Below, piece after piece: positions 39,988-51,259 of a stretch of 64,000 nt of DNA. Below the pieces are notes generated by a model. That model did no database searches, was not told the origin of the DNA, and saw only the letters and a list, made by a program, of their open reading frames with translations. The stretch comes from Mobula birostris (taxonomy: Eukaryota), in NCBI RefSeq assembly GCF_030028105.1, contig NC_092383.1:77603359-77667358 (forward strand), read 5' to 3'. The number at the start of each line of letters is the position of its first letter. Position 1 is the stretch's first letter. Both the position numbers and the translations under genes were made by a program.

Positions 39988-40200
39988 AAACACAAGAAAA
40001 CTTGCAGATGCTGGAAATCCAAAGCAACACACACAAAATGCTGGAGGAACTCAGCAGGTCAAGCAGCATCCATGGAAGTGAATAAAGAGTCGACGTTTCG
40101 GGCCGAGACACTTCTTCAGGACTGAGAAGTAAGGGAAGTAAATGCCACAATAAAAAGATGGGGGGGGGGGGAGTGATAGGAGAAAAGGCTAACTGAGAGG
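39988..40200 (-). mobile_element. Penelope-like terminal repeat fragment
   Basis: Well-preserved family tail. Confidence 0.8.
40088..40123 (-). ncRNA. Minimal type I hammerhead ribozyme motif (Penelope type)
   Basis: AGUC-CUGAAGA-A-GUGUCUCGGCCC-GAAAC-GUC-GACU: stem I AGUC/GACU, full catalytic core, palindromic ACGU stem III; one mismatch in stem II. Confidence 0.7.
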
Positions 40201-41089
40201 TAGATTCCTGGATGACTGGAGGAGTTAAGTCAAAGGGGATAGGGCAGAAAAGTGGTGTTGAAGCAGAAGGTTAGCAAGGTGGTCAGTCTTATTGATCAAC
40301 TAGCCAGCTTTTCCTCCTATTTTTGTTCATAGGTTTTAGATACGGGACAAACCACTTTGATAGACATAGGATCATAGTCGTATGAATTCTAAGTAGCATT
40401 CTTGTTACCTCCCCCACACAGTCTATCTATTGCCTCAGTGCACTGGACTGTAAACACTTTAAATCATTTTTTTATAAAGCTGTTTACATTGCCAATACAT
40501 GCTGGTATTTACGTACTTATGCACATTTTATTCCACAGTTTTACTTCTCATATAACTCTTACATAATTCTTCATTCTCTATAATTGTTGAATGATGTTGT
40601 TTTTTGTTGCATGTAGCCACAACACACCACAACAATTTCCTAATTCATGTAAATGGATACAGCGAATAAAGTTGATCCTTGAATTAGTTAATAGGAACTG
40701 ACATGGATTTGTAGGAAACATTGATGTGTGTCATTGAAGTAATGTGGTTGACGTGTATCATTGAAGTAATGTGGCTCTTAGGAGTTGGTACAAGGAGATA
40801 GATTGTTGTGTTCCTGATAAGCCTACAGCTCATACTAGTAACAGAAAAGTAGTTGGGAAGTGGAATAAAGCACAAAAGAAAATAATGATTAATGGACGTT
40901 CTTGGTTTTGTAGGAATGTGAACTCAGTGTCCTCTAGGGGTCACTGTTGCAACCAGGGAGTGTTATATTTATAACTTACTTGGACTTGGAGAAACATTAA
41001 CTCTACATACTGTGCACAAATAGTGACAATTGTTCACTGTGACAAGGACTGGAAGCAACGTAAGCAGGATTTGGAGCAAATTTATAGAT

Positions 41090-41728
41090 TCAGATTGCCT
41101 CTTAGACTGCTGGCATTTAGATCAGCAGTGAAAGTCCGGCATCTCTGGTGGTGTTCATGGCTTCCTTCATCGTGTCGGTAGCTTCCTGTCAGTCATGCTA
41201 GTCCCAGGTGGAGACTCAGGAATACAGTCATGCTCCAATGTAGGAGGATTAGGTACAGAGGAGATGTCAGGGGTTAAGTTTTTTATGCAGAGAGTGGTGA
41301 GTGCGTGGAATGGGCTGTTGGCAATGGTGGTGGAGGTGGATACAACAGGGTCTTTAAGAGACTCTTGGACAGGTACATGGAGCTCAGAAAAATAGAGGGC
41401 TATGGGTAACCCTAGGTAATTTCTAAGGTAAGGACATGTTCAGCACAGCTTTGTGGGCCGAAGGGCCTGTATTGTTCTGTAGGTTTTCTATGTTTCTATT
41501 ATTCTTTATTACTGTTTACATAACAATTGTTTTTACTAGTCAGGGCTGCTAGCCCTAAGCTGAACCCCCAAAGAGGACTGGTGGACCACTCTTAGTCTAG
41601 CCTCTACCCTTTGACCTATTCAGCATGGGTGACCCTGCAAACAGCCAAAGTATAAAGACCTAATTCCAGCCAACATAGCTCTCCACACACAAGCCTCCAA
41701 TCCAACACAAGGTTGTGGTCCTTCTGGA
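41090..41728 (-). mobile_element. RTE-derived non-autonomous element, split by a plus-strand CR1 3' fragment (about 41251-41497)
   Basis: Minus strand caaccttgtgttggattggaggcttg..gggtcacccatg..aggtcaaagggtagagg; the CR1 insert encodes FFMQRVVSAWNGL. Confidence 0.6.
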
Positions 41729-41890
41729 GGGTGTGGTTCTCTTGGATGTTGTGGGCCTCTTGGAGGCTGTGGTCTTCTTGGAGGCTGTAGGCCTCTTGGA
41801 GGTTGTGGCCCTCTTGCAGGTTGTGGCCCTCTTGCAGGCTGTAGGCCTCTTGGAGGCTGTAGTTGCCTTGGAGATTGTGGCCCTTTTGAT
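41711..41890. repeat. Minisatellite, 10 x 18 bp (consensus GGYTGTRGSCCTCTTGSA)
   Basis: Ten in-register units read directly from the sequence. Confidence 0.95.
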
Positions 41891-43778
41891 GGAAATTAAT
41901 AGACTGGAGATACAGGTATAAATATGAGGATTTCATTTTCTTAATAAAGTGAGTGACATATTTTGCAGGAATATGTGGCAAGGAAGTACGATCTAAAGGG
42001 AATATTTTTAAACTGAGAAAATGGAAAGAGTCAGAGGTAATTTGCATAAAAATCATTAGAAGTTGAAAAACAATTTGATAAAGCTATACAGTAAGCTCAT
42101 GGCACCTCAAGTTTTATATAATGTGTTTATAAAAAGTCTAAAAGCATAAGGTTGTGATAAACCTATACAGGTTATTGGTTAAATCACAGTTGAAATGTTG
42201 TTTCCATTTTTACATATCATATTTTAAGGAGCTGAGTTCAAGAAGAGGGTACAGAAGAGGCTTAGCAGACAGAAACCTTTTTAGTGAGACTAGTGAAAGT
42301 AATAGATCATGCTTGAGATATTGTGCAAATCACTGCTCCTGCAAAAGATACCAGAGATGCAAAAATATTTACAAAGATATGATTGATCAGGTAATACTGA
42401 ACAGACTGAGATTCTTTTCTCTAGAAAGAGAAGACAGAGGGGGGTGTTCCAGTAGGAGGGTATTCCAATAAAAGGCAAGTATATGAAAGACTTTGTAGGA
42501 GATCTATACATTATGCATTTATAGTAGATCTAGAGGCCATAAATACAACAGTCAATAACAGATCCAATGAGGAGTCCATAACTCTCTTCTCAGAGAATGG
42601 TGAGAAGTTGAAACTTGCTACCACATGGAATGCTGGAACCAAATACTTTAGATACATTTAAAGTGAAACTGCAAAATAGACAAGAGAATAATCGAAAGGC
42701 ACATTAGTAGCATGAGGGGAGGAAGGAGGGCTGTGTGGGGCATATATATAGGTTGAACTCATTGGGCTAATTGGCTTTTTCCTGAGCTGTAAATTCATTG
42801 GTTGGATAGAGCTTGTAATTCTACACAAGAAACATAGAATTACACTTTAAATCCATCCAACCAAAATATTAATAGCATAAGAAAAGGAAAGGAAGACAAT
42901 TCATTCATTGCCTGCAAAGAACAATTTATGGAGGTGATCTGTAACCAGTCTTATGCTGCTTGTAAACTCTACATTTGAAATTTCTAGGTAACACTCGGAG
43001 CTTTGAAACATATTTACAGACTAACAACAAAACTTAAAGATTATGTTATTTTCTTACATATTCATGTAACTTGTTTGCATATCTTTAAACAAAAATACCA
43101 CTTTGCTTTCCCTCTTTGAAAACAAAGTGTGAAACATTCTGAAATATGCACAGCAGTTACAGGAGCTGAGACTTTCTTAACTGTCTTTGAGTTTCTGTAC
43201 CTGAAGAATGTGTGATATCTTAACTCACCTTTCTCAATGTGTCTCCTCATCAGCAGTTGGCACAGTACCTTTTTTTTTCTGAAATAAACATGTGGTTACG
43301 TTTTTCTGTGAACTTTCAGATATCTCTCTTGTCATAATTATCCAGTCAATATGAACATGTCTAACCTTATCTCTAATCCATACCAAATACAGTTTAGGAC
43401 TGCAAGCTTGTGCTATTTCAACAGTATCTCAGTATAGTGCTTTATACTTGTTCATTGGTCTAAACACTCACTACTTCAGCATGACTGAATTGTTTCACTA
43501 GGCCGCGTTCCATAGGTTTCGCTTCAACTTCTGCCTCTGTAAACTAGGGCTTACCAAACTCAAGCATCTTTACTGTTTGTGATGCACCAATAGCCCTGTG
43601 GGCATAAATCTTGGTGTTGCATGATATTCAAATAACAAATCCATCAAGCTATGATTGAAAGTTAATTTAAAACAACCATAGGTAATCTGCCTCTTTAGAG
43701 TGTTCTTCAAAATACTAACACCAGTGTTTCAGCTGCACCTTAGGAGGCAGGATAATTTACAGGAATTAATTACTGCTT

Positions 43779-44020
43779 TAGTTATTTATTTAGAGATGTA
43801 GCTCTGTAACAGGCCCTTCTTGCCCAATAAGCCAGAGCTGCCCAACGACACCCATGTGACCATTGACCTACTAAACCGTATGCCTGGGATGTGGAGGTCA
43901 CCAGAGCACCCAGAGGAAACCCACGCGGTCAAGGGGAGAACGTAAAATATTTCTTACAGACAGTGGCAGAATTGATCCAAGGCGCTGTTGGTGTAATAGC
44001 ATTACTCTAACCACTGCGTT
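43779..44020 (-). mobile_element. HE1-type V-SINE
   Basis: gagcacccagaggaaacccacgcggtcaaggggagaacgt V-domain; (TTTA)n end. Confidence 0.8.
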
Positions 44021-44242
44021 ATATTTGCAATTCATGATGCATTCGCAAATAGGATGCAAACTGTAGTCAGTTATGGCCTGGAAGATTTTCTGATGAGGTT
44101 TTAACTCTGCAAAGCAAGATGATGTATGAGGATGAGTCGTTATGCGTATTTTCCTTGATTCTGCTCATCTGCGTCTCACCAGCAGATTGATGCAATGGCT
44201 ATTGATCATCACTGACTACCTCACTGAGTCAATGCATAATCT

Positions 44243-44930
44243 AAAGTTCAAAAACTTCAAAGTAAATTTTATTATCAGAGTACATATATGTCACCATATA
44301 CAGCCCCGAGATTCATTTTCTTGTTGGCATACTCAGCAGATCTATAGAATAGTAACTATAACAGGATCAATGAAAGATCAACCAGAGTGCCAAAGACAAC
44401 AAACTGAACAAATGCAAATATAAATAAATAGCAATAAATAATGAGAATATGAGGTAATGAGATAAAGGGTTCTTGAAAGTGAGATCATTGGTTGTGGGAA
44501 GATGTCGATGTTGGGGCAACTGAGTGTAGTTATCCCCTTTTATTCAAGAGTCTAATGGTTGTGGGTTAGAAACTAATCTTGAACCTTGGGCGAGTCCTGA
44601 GGGTTTTGTACCTTCTACCTGATGGCAACAGTGAGAAGAGAGCATGATCTAGTTGGTGGGGATCTCCGATGATGGATTTTGCTTTCCTATGATAGCACTT
44701 CCTGTCGATGTGCTCAATGGTTGGGAGAGTCTTTACCCATGATGTATTGGGCTGAATCCACTACCTTTCGTAGGACATTCTGTTCAAAGGCATTGATGTT
44801 TCCATAACAGGCTGTAATGCTCCACTATACATCTATAGAAGTTTGTCAATGTTTTGGATGTCATGTCGAGTCACCACAGACTCCTAAGGAAGTAGAGGCA
44901 CTGTCGGGCTTTCTTCATAATTGCACTTTC
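44243..44930 (-). mobile_element. Rex1/Babar LINE 3' fragment
   Basis: Tail aaagttcaaaaacttcaaagt, 3' UTR and degenerate C-terminal coding region. Confidence 0.75.
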
Positions 44931-45302
44931 ATGCAATCTGATCATGTGGTCAGTCTTCGATGCTACCATGGTTGGTGTTGTCCGTTCCCTTTGAGTTGTT
45001 ATCAATAGAAGTCTCCTTTTCTTCTAGTTTGGCTAACTCTCTTTCCACTTGGCTCTTTAAGGAGTAAAACACTGGTGAAGGTTTGTAATGAACTGGCTTG
45101 ATGTCAGGTGTAAAGCAATTTTGTGTGTTGTATACAATGCCTTGGCATTTAGGTATCATGTCTGGATAGCTATATTTGCACATACAATTTGATGCTGACT
45201 AGTCACTTTAATTTTAGCATTTTCAGCCAGCCCTTGCCCAGTAAAACCAGTCAATGTGTTCAGTTGCTAAAATAGAAAATTCTGGTCTCTAACCTTAATA
45301 AT
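44930..45302 (-). mobile_element. Old Ty3/Gypsy pol relic, downstream half
   Basis: LLGKGWLKMLKL, PVHYKPSPVFYSLKSQVERELAKL and TTPTMVASKTDHMIRL correspond to the protease end, linker and RT start. Confidence 0.65.
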
Positions 45303-45306
45303 GTGT

Positions 45307-45592
45307 TGTTGCGGTGTGCTACCCACAGCGCTAGAATAACCACCCAGAGTCGGTGAGTTAGAGTTGCGATGAAAGAGATTTATTCAAACTTCGCGGCCTG
45401 CTTTAAAGCCTTCCCGTTCCCGCCCTCCCTGGGGCGGGATTGCTGTGGGGAATGCATATTCCCAGACCCTTTCCGCGCACGGGATTTTCCCCCTGCTGGT
45501 GAAGATGGCCTGGCGTCCTTTTTGGGGCCGGCCCTCTGCCTGCGCGCGCTGTTGTGAGCCGGTTCGTGTGTGCCAGAAAAGGGGTCGCCACA
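45307..45592 (-). repeat. 3' LTR
   Basis: Direct repeat of 49420-49705; AATAAA on the minus strand; preceded by the G-rich PPT ggggtgggtgggtta. Confidence 0.95.
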
Positions 45593-48500
45593 TAACCCAC
45601 CCACCCCAGAACCGGCGATACCTCCCCCAATGTCCACAGTCTGGATCGGCCTCTGTTTGGGAGGTCTGCCCCTGCGCCGCGGTGCCTGAGCCTGGACCGG
45701 CTGCGCCAAGTCCACATGGGCCGGTCTGAGTCGGTCCACCGTGAAAACCTCCTCTCTCCCCCCAATGTCCAGCACGAACGTGGACCCGTTGTTCCTGATC
45801 ACCTTAAGCGGCCTCTTGTAGGGCCGCTGTAGCGGTGCCCGGTGTCCGCCCCGTCGTACAAAAAGAAACTTACAGTTCTGCAGGTCTTTGGGTACGCAGG
45901 TCGGGCTCTGTCCGTGCTGTGAAGTGGGTATGGGGGCCAGGTACTGAGCCTCTCCCATAGTCTGTCCAGGACTGCTGTGGGTTCTTCCTCTTGCCCCCTT
46001 GGGGCTAGTATGAACTGTCCTGGGACAACCAGGGGTGCACCGTACACCAACTCAGCCGACGAGGTGTGCAGATCCTCTTTGAGCACCATGCAGATTCCGA
46101 GCAGGATCCAGGGAAGCTCGTCCACCCAGTTAGGCCCCTCCAGGCGGGCCATGAGAGCCGACTTCAGGTGATGGTGGAAGCGCTCCACTAGTCCGTTCGA
46201 CTGTGGGTGGTAGGCAGTTGTGTGGTGTAGCTGAGATCCTAAAAGGTTGGCCATAGCCGACCACAGAATGAAGGTGAACTGGGCGCCCCTGTCGGAGGTA
46301 ATGTGGGCCGGTACCCCGAAGCGGGCTACCCAGGTTGCGATCAGTGCTCGGGTGCAGGATTCAGAGGTGGTGTCGGTGAGCGGGACTGCCTCTGGCCATC
46401 TGGTGAACCGGTCTATCATAGTTGGGAGATACCACGCTCCTCGTGACACTGGCAGGGGCCCCACGATATCCACATGAATGTGGTCGAACCTCCGGCGGGT
46501 GGGTTCGAACCTCCAGCGGGTGGGTTCGAACCGCTGCGGCGGAGCCTTGGTGTGCCGCTGCACCTTGGCCGTTTGGCACTGCATGCACGTTTTGGCCCAT
46601 TCACTGACCTGTTTACACAGTCCATGCCACACGAACCTGTTGGCGACCAGCCGGACGGTTGTCCTGTTGGAGGGGTGCGCTAAGTTGTGAATGGACTTGA
46701 AAACCCGCCGGCGCCAGGCTGCTGGGACGACGGGGCGGGGTTGGCCGGTAGCTACGTCACATAGTACGGTCCTCTCACCTGGGCCTACGGGGAGGTCTTG
46801 GAGCTGCAAACCTGAGACTGCGGTTCTGTAACTGGGGATCTCAGCGTCTGCCTGCTGTGCCTCTGCCAGCGCTGCATAGTCCACCCCCTGGGACAGGGCC
46901 TGTATAGTAGGTCTGGATAGTGCATCCGCCACGACGTTGTCCTTTCCTGAGACATGCCGGATGTCCGTCGTGTACTCGGAGATGTAGGACAGATGTCGCT
47001 GCTGGCGGGACGACCAGGGGTCGGACACCTTCATGAACGCAAAGGTAAGCGGTTTGTGGTCTGTGAACGCGGTGAAGGGCCTACTTTCTAAGAATTACCT
47101 GAAATGCCAGATTGCCAGGTATAGTGCCAATAGCTCCCGGTCGAAAGCACTGTATTTGAGTTCAGGTGGTCGTAGGTGTTTGCTGAAGAACGCCACGGGT
47201 TGCCAGCGACCCTCGATGAGTTGTTCCAGTACTCCACCGACTGCTGCGTTGGATGCGCCCACCGTGAGGGCAGTAGGAAAGTCCGTTCTGGGGTGCACTA
47301 GCTTCGCGGCGTTTGCCAAGGCTTCTTTGGTTTTAACGAAAGCGGTTGCGGCCTCTTCGTCCCAGGTAATGTTCTTGCCCTTACCCGACATTAGAGTGAA
47401 CAGGGGGCGCATGGTTCGGGCTGCTGAGGGGAGGAAACGGTAGTAGAAATTCACCATACCCACGAATTCCTGCAGGCCTTTGATTGCGTTGGGTCGGGGG
47501 AAGTGGCGGACCGCGTCTACCTTGGCGGGCAGCGGGGTTGCCCCATCTTTAGTAATCCTGTGTCCCAGGAAGTCAATGGTGTTGAGTCCGAACTGGCATT
47601 TGGCTGGGTTGATTGTAAGGCCGAATTTGCTCAGGCGGGAGTAGAGCTGGCGGAGGTGGGACAGATGCTCCTGCCGACTACTGCTTGCTATGAGGATGTC
47701 GTCCAAATAGATGAATGCAAAGTCCAGGTCGCGTCCCACTGCGTCCATTAGCCGCTGGAACGTCTGTGCGGCATTCTTTAGACCAAACGGCATTCGGAGG
47801 AATTCGAATAGTCCGAACGGGGTGATAAGTGCTGTTTTGGGGATGTCGTCTGGATGTACCGGGATTTGATGGTATCCCCGGATGAGGTCTACCTTGGAAA
47901 AGATCCTTGCGCCGTGTAGGTTTGCTGCGAAGTCTTGAATGTGCGGCACTGGGTAGCGGTCTGGCATTGTAGCCTCATTCAGTCTGCAGTAGTCACCACA
48001 TGTTCTCCAGCCCCCCGTTGCCTTGGGCACCATGTGAAGGGGGGAGGCCCATGGGCTGTCGGACCGTCATATGATCCCCAATTCCTCCATCTTCTTGAAC
48101 TCCTCCTTCACCAGTCGGAGCATGTCCGGGGGAAGCCTTCGAGCACGGGCATGGACGGGTGGTCCCTGGGTCGGGATGTGGTGCTGTACTCCATGTCTGG
48201 GCATGGCTGCCGTGAACTGTGGTGTCAGTACTGATGGGAAATCCGCCAGGACCCTGGTGAATTCGTCGTCGGACAGCGTGATGGAGTCCAGGTGTGGGGC
48301 TGGCAACTGTGCTTCACCCAGGGAGAACGTTTGAAAAGTCTTGGCATGGACTAATCGCTTCCCTTGTAGGTTGACCAGCAGGCTGTGGGCTCGTAGAAAA
48401 TCCGCCCCCAGGAGTGGTTGGGCCACGGCGGCCAGTGTGAAGTCCCGCGTGAACCGACTGGAGCTGAACTGTAGCCGCACCGTGCGGGTGCCGTAGGTTC

Positions 48501-48705
48501 GTATTGTGCTGCCATTTGTGGCCCTCAGGGTGGGTCCCGGTTCTCTGTTGCGGGTATCATAACTCGTTGGAGGTAAGACGCTGATCTCCGCTCCGGTGTC
48601 GACCAAAAAGCGGCGTCCTGACTGCTTGTCCCAGATGTATAGGAGGCTGTCCTGATGGCCAGCCGCCGTAGCCATCAGCGGCAGCTGGCCCTGGCGTTTC
48701 CTGGG
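45593..48705 (-). pseudogene. pol: pol (protease, RT, RNase H, integrase), disabled
   Basis: FLVDTGA protease, YLDD RT, HHCC and DDE integrase, degenerate GPY/F module; in-frame stops at 48067-48069 (TGA) and 47095-47097 (TAA); 1-bp frameshift near 45940. Confidence 0.93.
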
Positions 48706-49379
48706 AATTTGCAGGGTGGTCTGCAGCGGCGGGCCTCTGTACCCCACCGCTGGTGGTAGAAACACCATTGTTCGTTGAGCTCCTCACTCCCGTCGCCGGG
48801 TTTTGTAGGCTCTGCTGCCGGGCCTGGTCTGGTCTGTCGTTGGGCACGCGGCTTGGTGATCTGTGCGACGGATGCCTCTCTCTCTTTCCTGGCATTCCAC
48901 AGCACATCTGCTCGGGCCGCCACCTCCCAGGGGTTGCTGAAGTCTGCGTCGGACAGCAGCAGGCATATGTCCTCGGGCAGTTGCTCTAGGAACGCCTGCT
49001 CAAACATGAGGCAGGGCTTGTGTCCTTCAGCCAGGGCCAGCATCTCGTTCATTAATGCTGATGGCGGCCTGTCTCCCAAACCATCCAGGTGCATTAAGCG
49101 GCGTGCTCGTTCGCGCCGTGAGAGTCCGAAAGTCCTTATGAGCAGGGCTTTGAATGCTGTGTATTTGCCGTCCTCCGAGGGCGACTGTATAAACTCCTCA
49201 ACTTGTGCAGCTGTCTCCTGGTTGAGAGAGCTCAGCACGTAGTAGTAGCGAGTCGACTCTGAGGTTATCTGCCAAATGTGGAATTGAGCTTCTGCTTGTT
49301 CCAACCATAAATGGGGTCGCAGCGTCCAGAAGCTTGGCAGTTTTAACGAAACTGCGTGAACAGATGCGGCGTCGGTCAT
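48675..49379 (-). CDS. gag: Gag, intact reading frame
   Basis: MTDAASVHAVSLKLPSFW..; C-x2-H-x9-C-x3-C motif CFYHQRWGTEARRCRPPC; first ATG after the PBS. Confidence 0.9.
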   Translation of the reverse strand: MTDAASVHAVSLKLPSFWTLRPHLWLEQAEAQFHIWQITSESTRYYYVLSSLNQETAAQVEEFIQSPSEDGKYTAFKALLIRTFGLSRRERARRLMHLDGLGDRPPSALMNEMLALAEGHKPCLMFEQAFLEQLPEDICLLLSDADFSNPWEVAARADVLWNARKEREASVAQITKPRAQRQTRPGPAAEPTKPGDGSEELNEQWCFYHQRWGTEARRCRPPCKFPGNARASCR

Positions 49380-49403
49380 CTCTGGTCCAAGTATCTTTTG
49401 GGC

Positions 49404-49417
49404 CGTCGGGGTCACCA
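49404..49417 (-). promoter_or_regulatory. Primer binding site, tRNA-Trp
   Basis: TGGTGACCCCGACG lies 2 nt inside the 5' LTR boundary and is complementary to the tRNA-Trp 3' end (CGUCGGGGUCACCA). Confidence 0.9.
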
Positions 49418-49419
49418 AT

Positions 49420-49705
49420 TGTAGCGGTGTGCTACACACAGCGCTAGAATATCCACACGTAGTCGGTGAGTTAGAGTTGCGATAAAAGAGATTTATTCAA
49501 ACTTCGCGGCCTTCTTTAAAGCCTTTCCGTTCCCACCCTCCCTGGGGCGGGACTGCCGTGGGGAATACGTATTCCCAGACCCTTCCTGCGCGCGGGATTT
49601 TCCCCCTGCTGGTGAAGATGGCCTGGCACCCTTTTTGGGTCTGGCCCTCTGCCTGCACGCACTGTTGTGAGCCGGTTCATGGGTGCCAGAAAGTGGGTCG
49701 CCACA
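49420..49705 (-). repeat. 5' LTR
   Basis: Direct repeat of 45307-45592, no indels, about 27 substitutions counted by eye. Confidence 0.95.
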
Positions 49706-49709
49706 GTGT

Positions 49710-50050
49710 TATATATTGCAATTAACACTATACCTTCAAAAATAATCACTGAGTTGTGTTAAAGGTAAATGTTTGAACTTCTTTTCAAAGGCACCCTTTC
49801 CAATAATCAAGTACGATATCACTGCCCTTCCAACCTGCATTGCCAACAACATTTCATTGACAAATATTGTGACTTTAAAATCTTGTTCCATCAGGCCATT
49901 GCCACCAGTGGCATAGATGTTCTTCAGTTTGAAATCTGCATTGTCTATTATATGCAGTGCCCCTCTCTGTTTACTGTGTCAAAAAATCATCTTCTCTGTG
50001 CATTGGGAACACCACTGTGGTCTGTTGCTTTGTGCTTGAATTTGCCTCCT
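49710..50050 (-). mobile_element. Old Ty3/Gypsy relic, upstream half (degenerate protease)
   Basis: FKVTIFVNEMLLAMQVGRAVISYLII..FKHLPL fits the V.VNG..L.MEVDTGA..SII pattern. Confidence 0.5.
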
Positions 50051-50062
50051 GTTCTTTTAGGT

Positions 50063-50400
50063 GGCAGGATGGAGACTCCCTCCCTCTGCTAGCCTGCAAG
50101 CTACCCTTGGGCAAGGTGTAGCATCTGCTTAGCCCTCCCATCGGAGTCACATGAAGCCATGGGAGCCACGGTCATATGAGCAGCTCGTGCATATCACAAG
50201 TCCTGTTCACTGACGCCAGGCAGACAATCTCTGAAGAGTATTGATAATGGCTGGGGTCACCCGTCCTGTGAAGTCACTGCCCAGAAGAAGGCAATGGAAA
50301 ACCACTTTTGTAGAAAAAATTGCCAAGAACTATCATGGTCACAAATAAAATCATAATCACCCACATCACATGACACAGCACATGATGATGATGATGATGA
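50063..50400 (+). mobile_element. RTE-related SINE with (GAT)n tail
   Basis: gaagaaggcaatggaaaaccact resembles the BovB/Bov-A/Sauria-SINE motif; ends in (GAT)6. Confidence 0.55.
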
Positions 50401-50432
50401 CATATCCTTTGGTCTAACACAAGCAACATTTT

Positions 50433-50792
50433 GTGGTTTGATTATCTCAGAAACTGCTGATCTCCTAGCCCTTTCACACACAACAGTCTCTAGAGTTTAC
50501 AAAGAATGGTTCGAGAAACAGAAAAAAAACATCCAGTCAGCAGCTGTTCTGTCGGCAAAAAAGCCTTTTAAATGAGAGAGGTCAGAAGAGAATGGCTGGA
50601 CAGGTTCAAGCTGACTGGAAGGCAATAGTAATTCAAATAAACATGTGTTACAACAGCAGTATGTGCAGGAGGTCATCTCTGAACACACGTCGAATCTTGA
50701 AACGGATGTTGTACAACAGCAGAGGCCATGAAGGTACATTCTGTGGCCACTTTATTAGTACAGGAGGTACCTAATAAAGTGGTTGCTGAGTG
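50433..50792 (+). mobile_element. Tc1 non-autonomous derivative (copy C, 5'-truncated)
   Basis: Colinear with copy B; terminal TIR-TIR unit at 50737-50792. Confidence 0.85.
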
Positions 50793-51259
50793 CACTTCTG
50801 TGAAAGAAGCAGCTTTGGCCTTATGTGGCAGTGGATTAATGAATATGCAATGTTTCAGAGCTTTGCTCTATCAATAAAATCACTTCACTTCATTCTCTCA
50901 CTACAGTATTCAGTTCTCAGCATGGTCTTTTACCTCAGGAATGTCACTAGCCAGAAAGAACATTTCTATCTTTTCAATGCTGTCTATCAATGACTCACAA
51001 ATCATCTATACTTACGCACACCCAACTGGCTGGCTATGTATCTTGTCTGAACTTGCCTCCCACTTTATTTCATTATTCCACATCTAAATGGTGACTTCAC
51101 TTTCAAATTTCCCATGTGTTGAATTCTACCAACCTCTGTGATGCTCTCTGTGCTGCAAACTAATGGTTCGCTGTCTCTTGTGTTGCACTTTGCAAGAGCC
51201 CACACAACTCATAGTACAGCCAGGTCAGTTAATTAAACTTCTGTTAAGGTTCCTTTCTT

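Larger units (their letters stand above)
45307..49705 (-). mobile_element. Full-length Ty3/Gypsy LTR retrotransposon, CsRn1 clade
   Basis: Two 286-bp TG..CA LTRs, 4-bp TSD GTGT (45303-45306, 49706-49709), tRNA-Trp PBS, gag-PR-RT-RH-IN order, CHCC Gag motif. Confidence 0.97.

Noticed and set aside
40721-40774. 27-bp tandem duplication
   Set aside because: An ordinary local slippage event at the edge of an old CR1 relic
41711-41890. Possible CRISPR array
   Set aside because: Head-to-tail units with no unique spacers, no cas genes, and a eukaryotic context
41616-42056. 146-aa ORF with LQEGHN repeats as a real gene
   Set aside because: The open frame is explained by the 18-bp array; its flanks are RTE and CR1 relics
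48675-49379. Domesticated Gag gene
   Set aside because: It is still inside an LTR-flanked provirus; an intact 700-bp frame is compatible with the few lesions seen in pol
45369-49749. Many overlapping plus-strand and alternative-frame ORFs
   Set aside because: Shadow ORFs of the GC-rich Gypsy element
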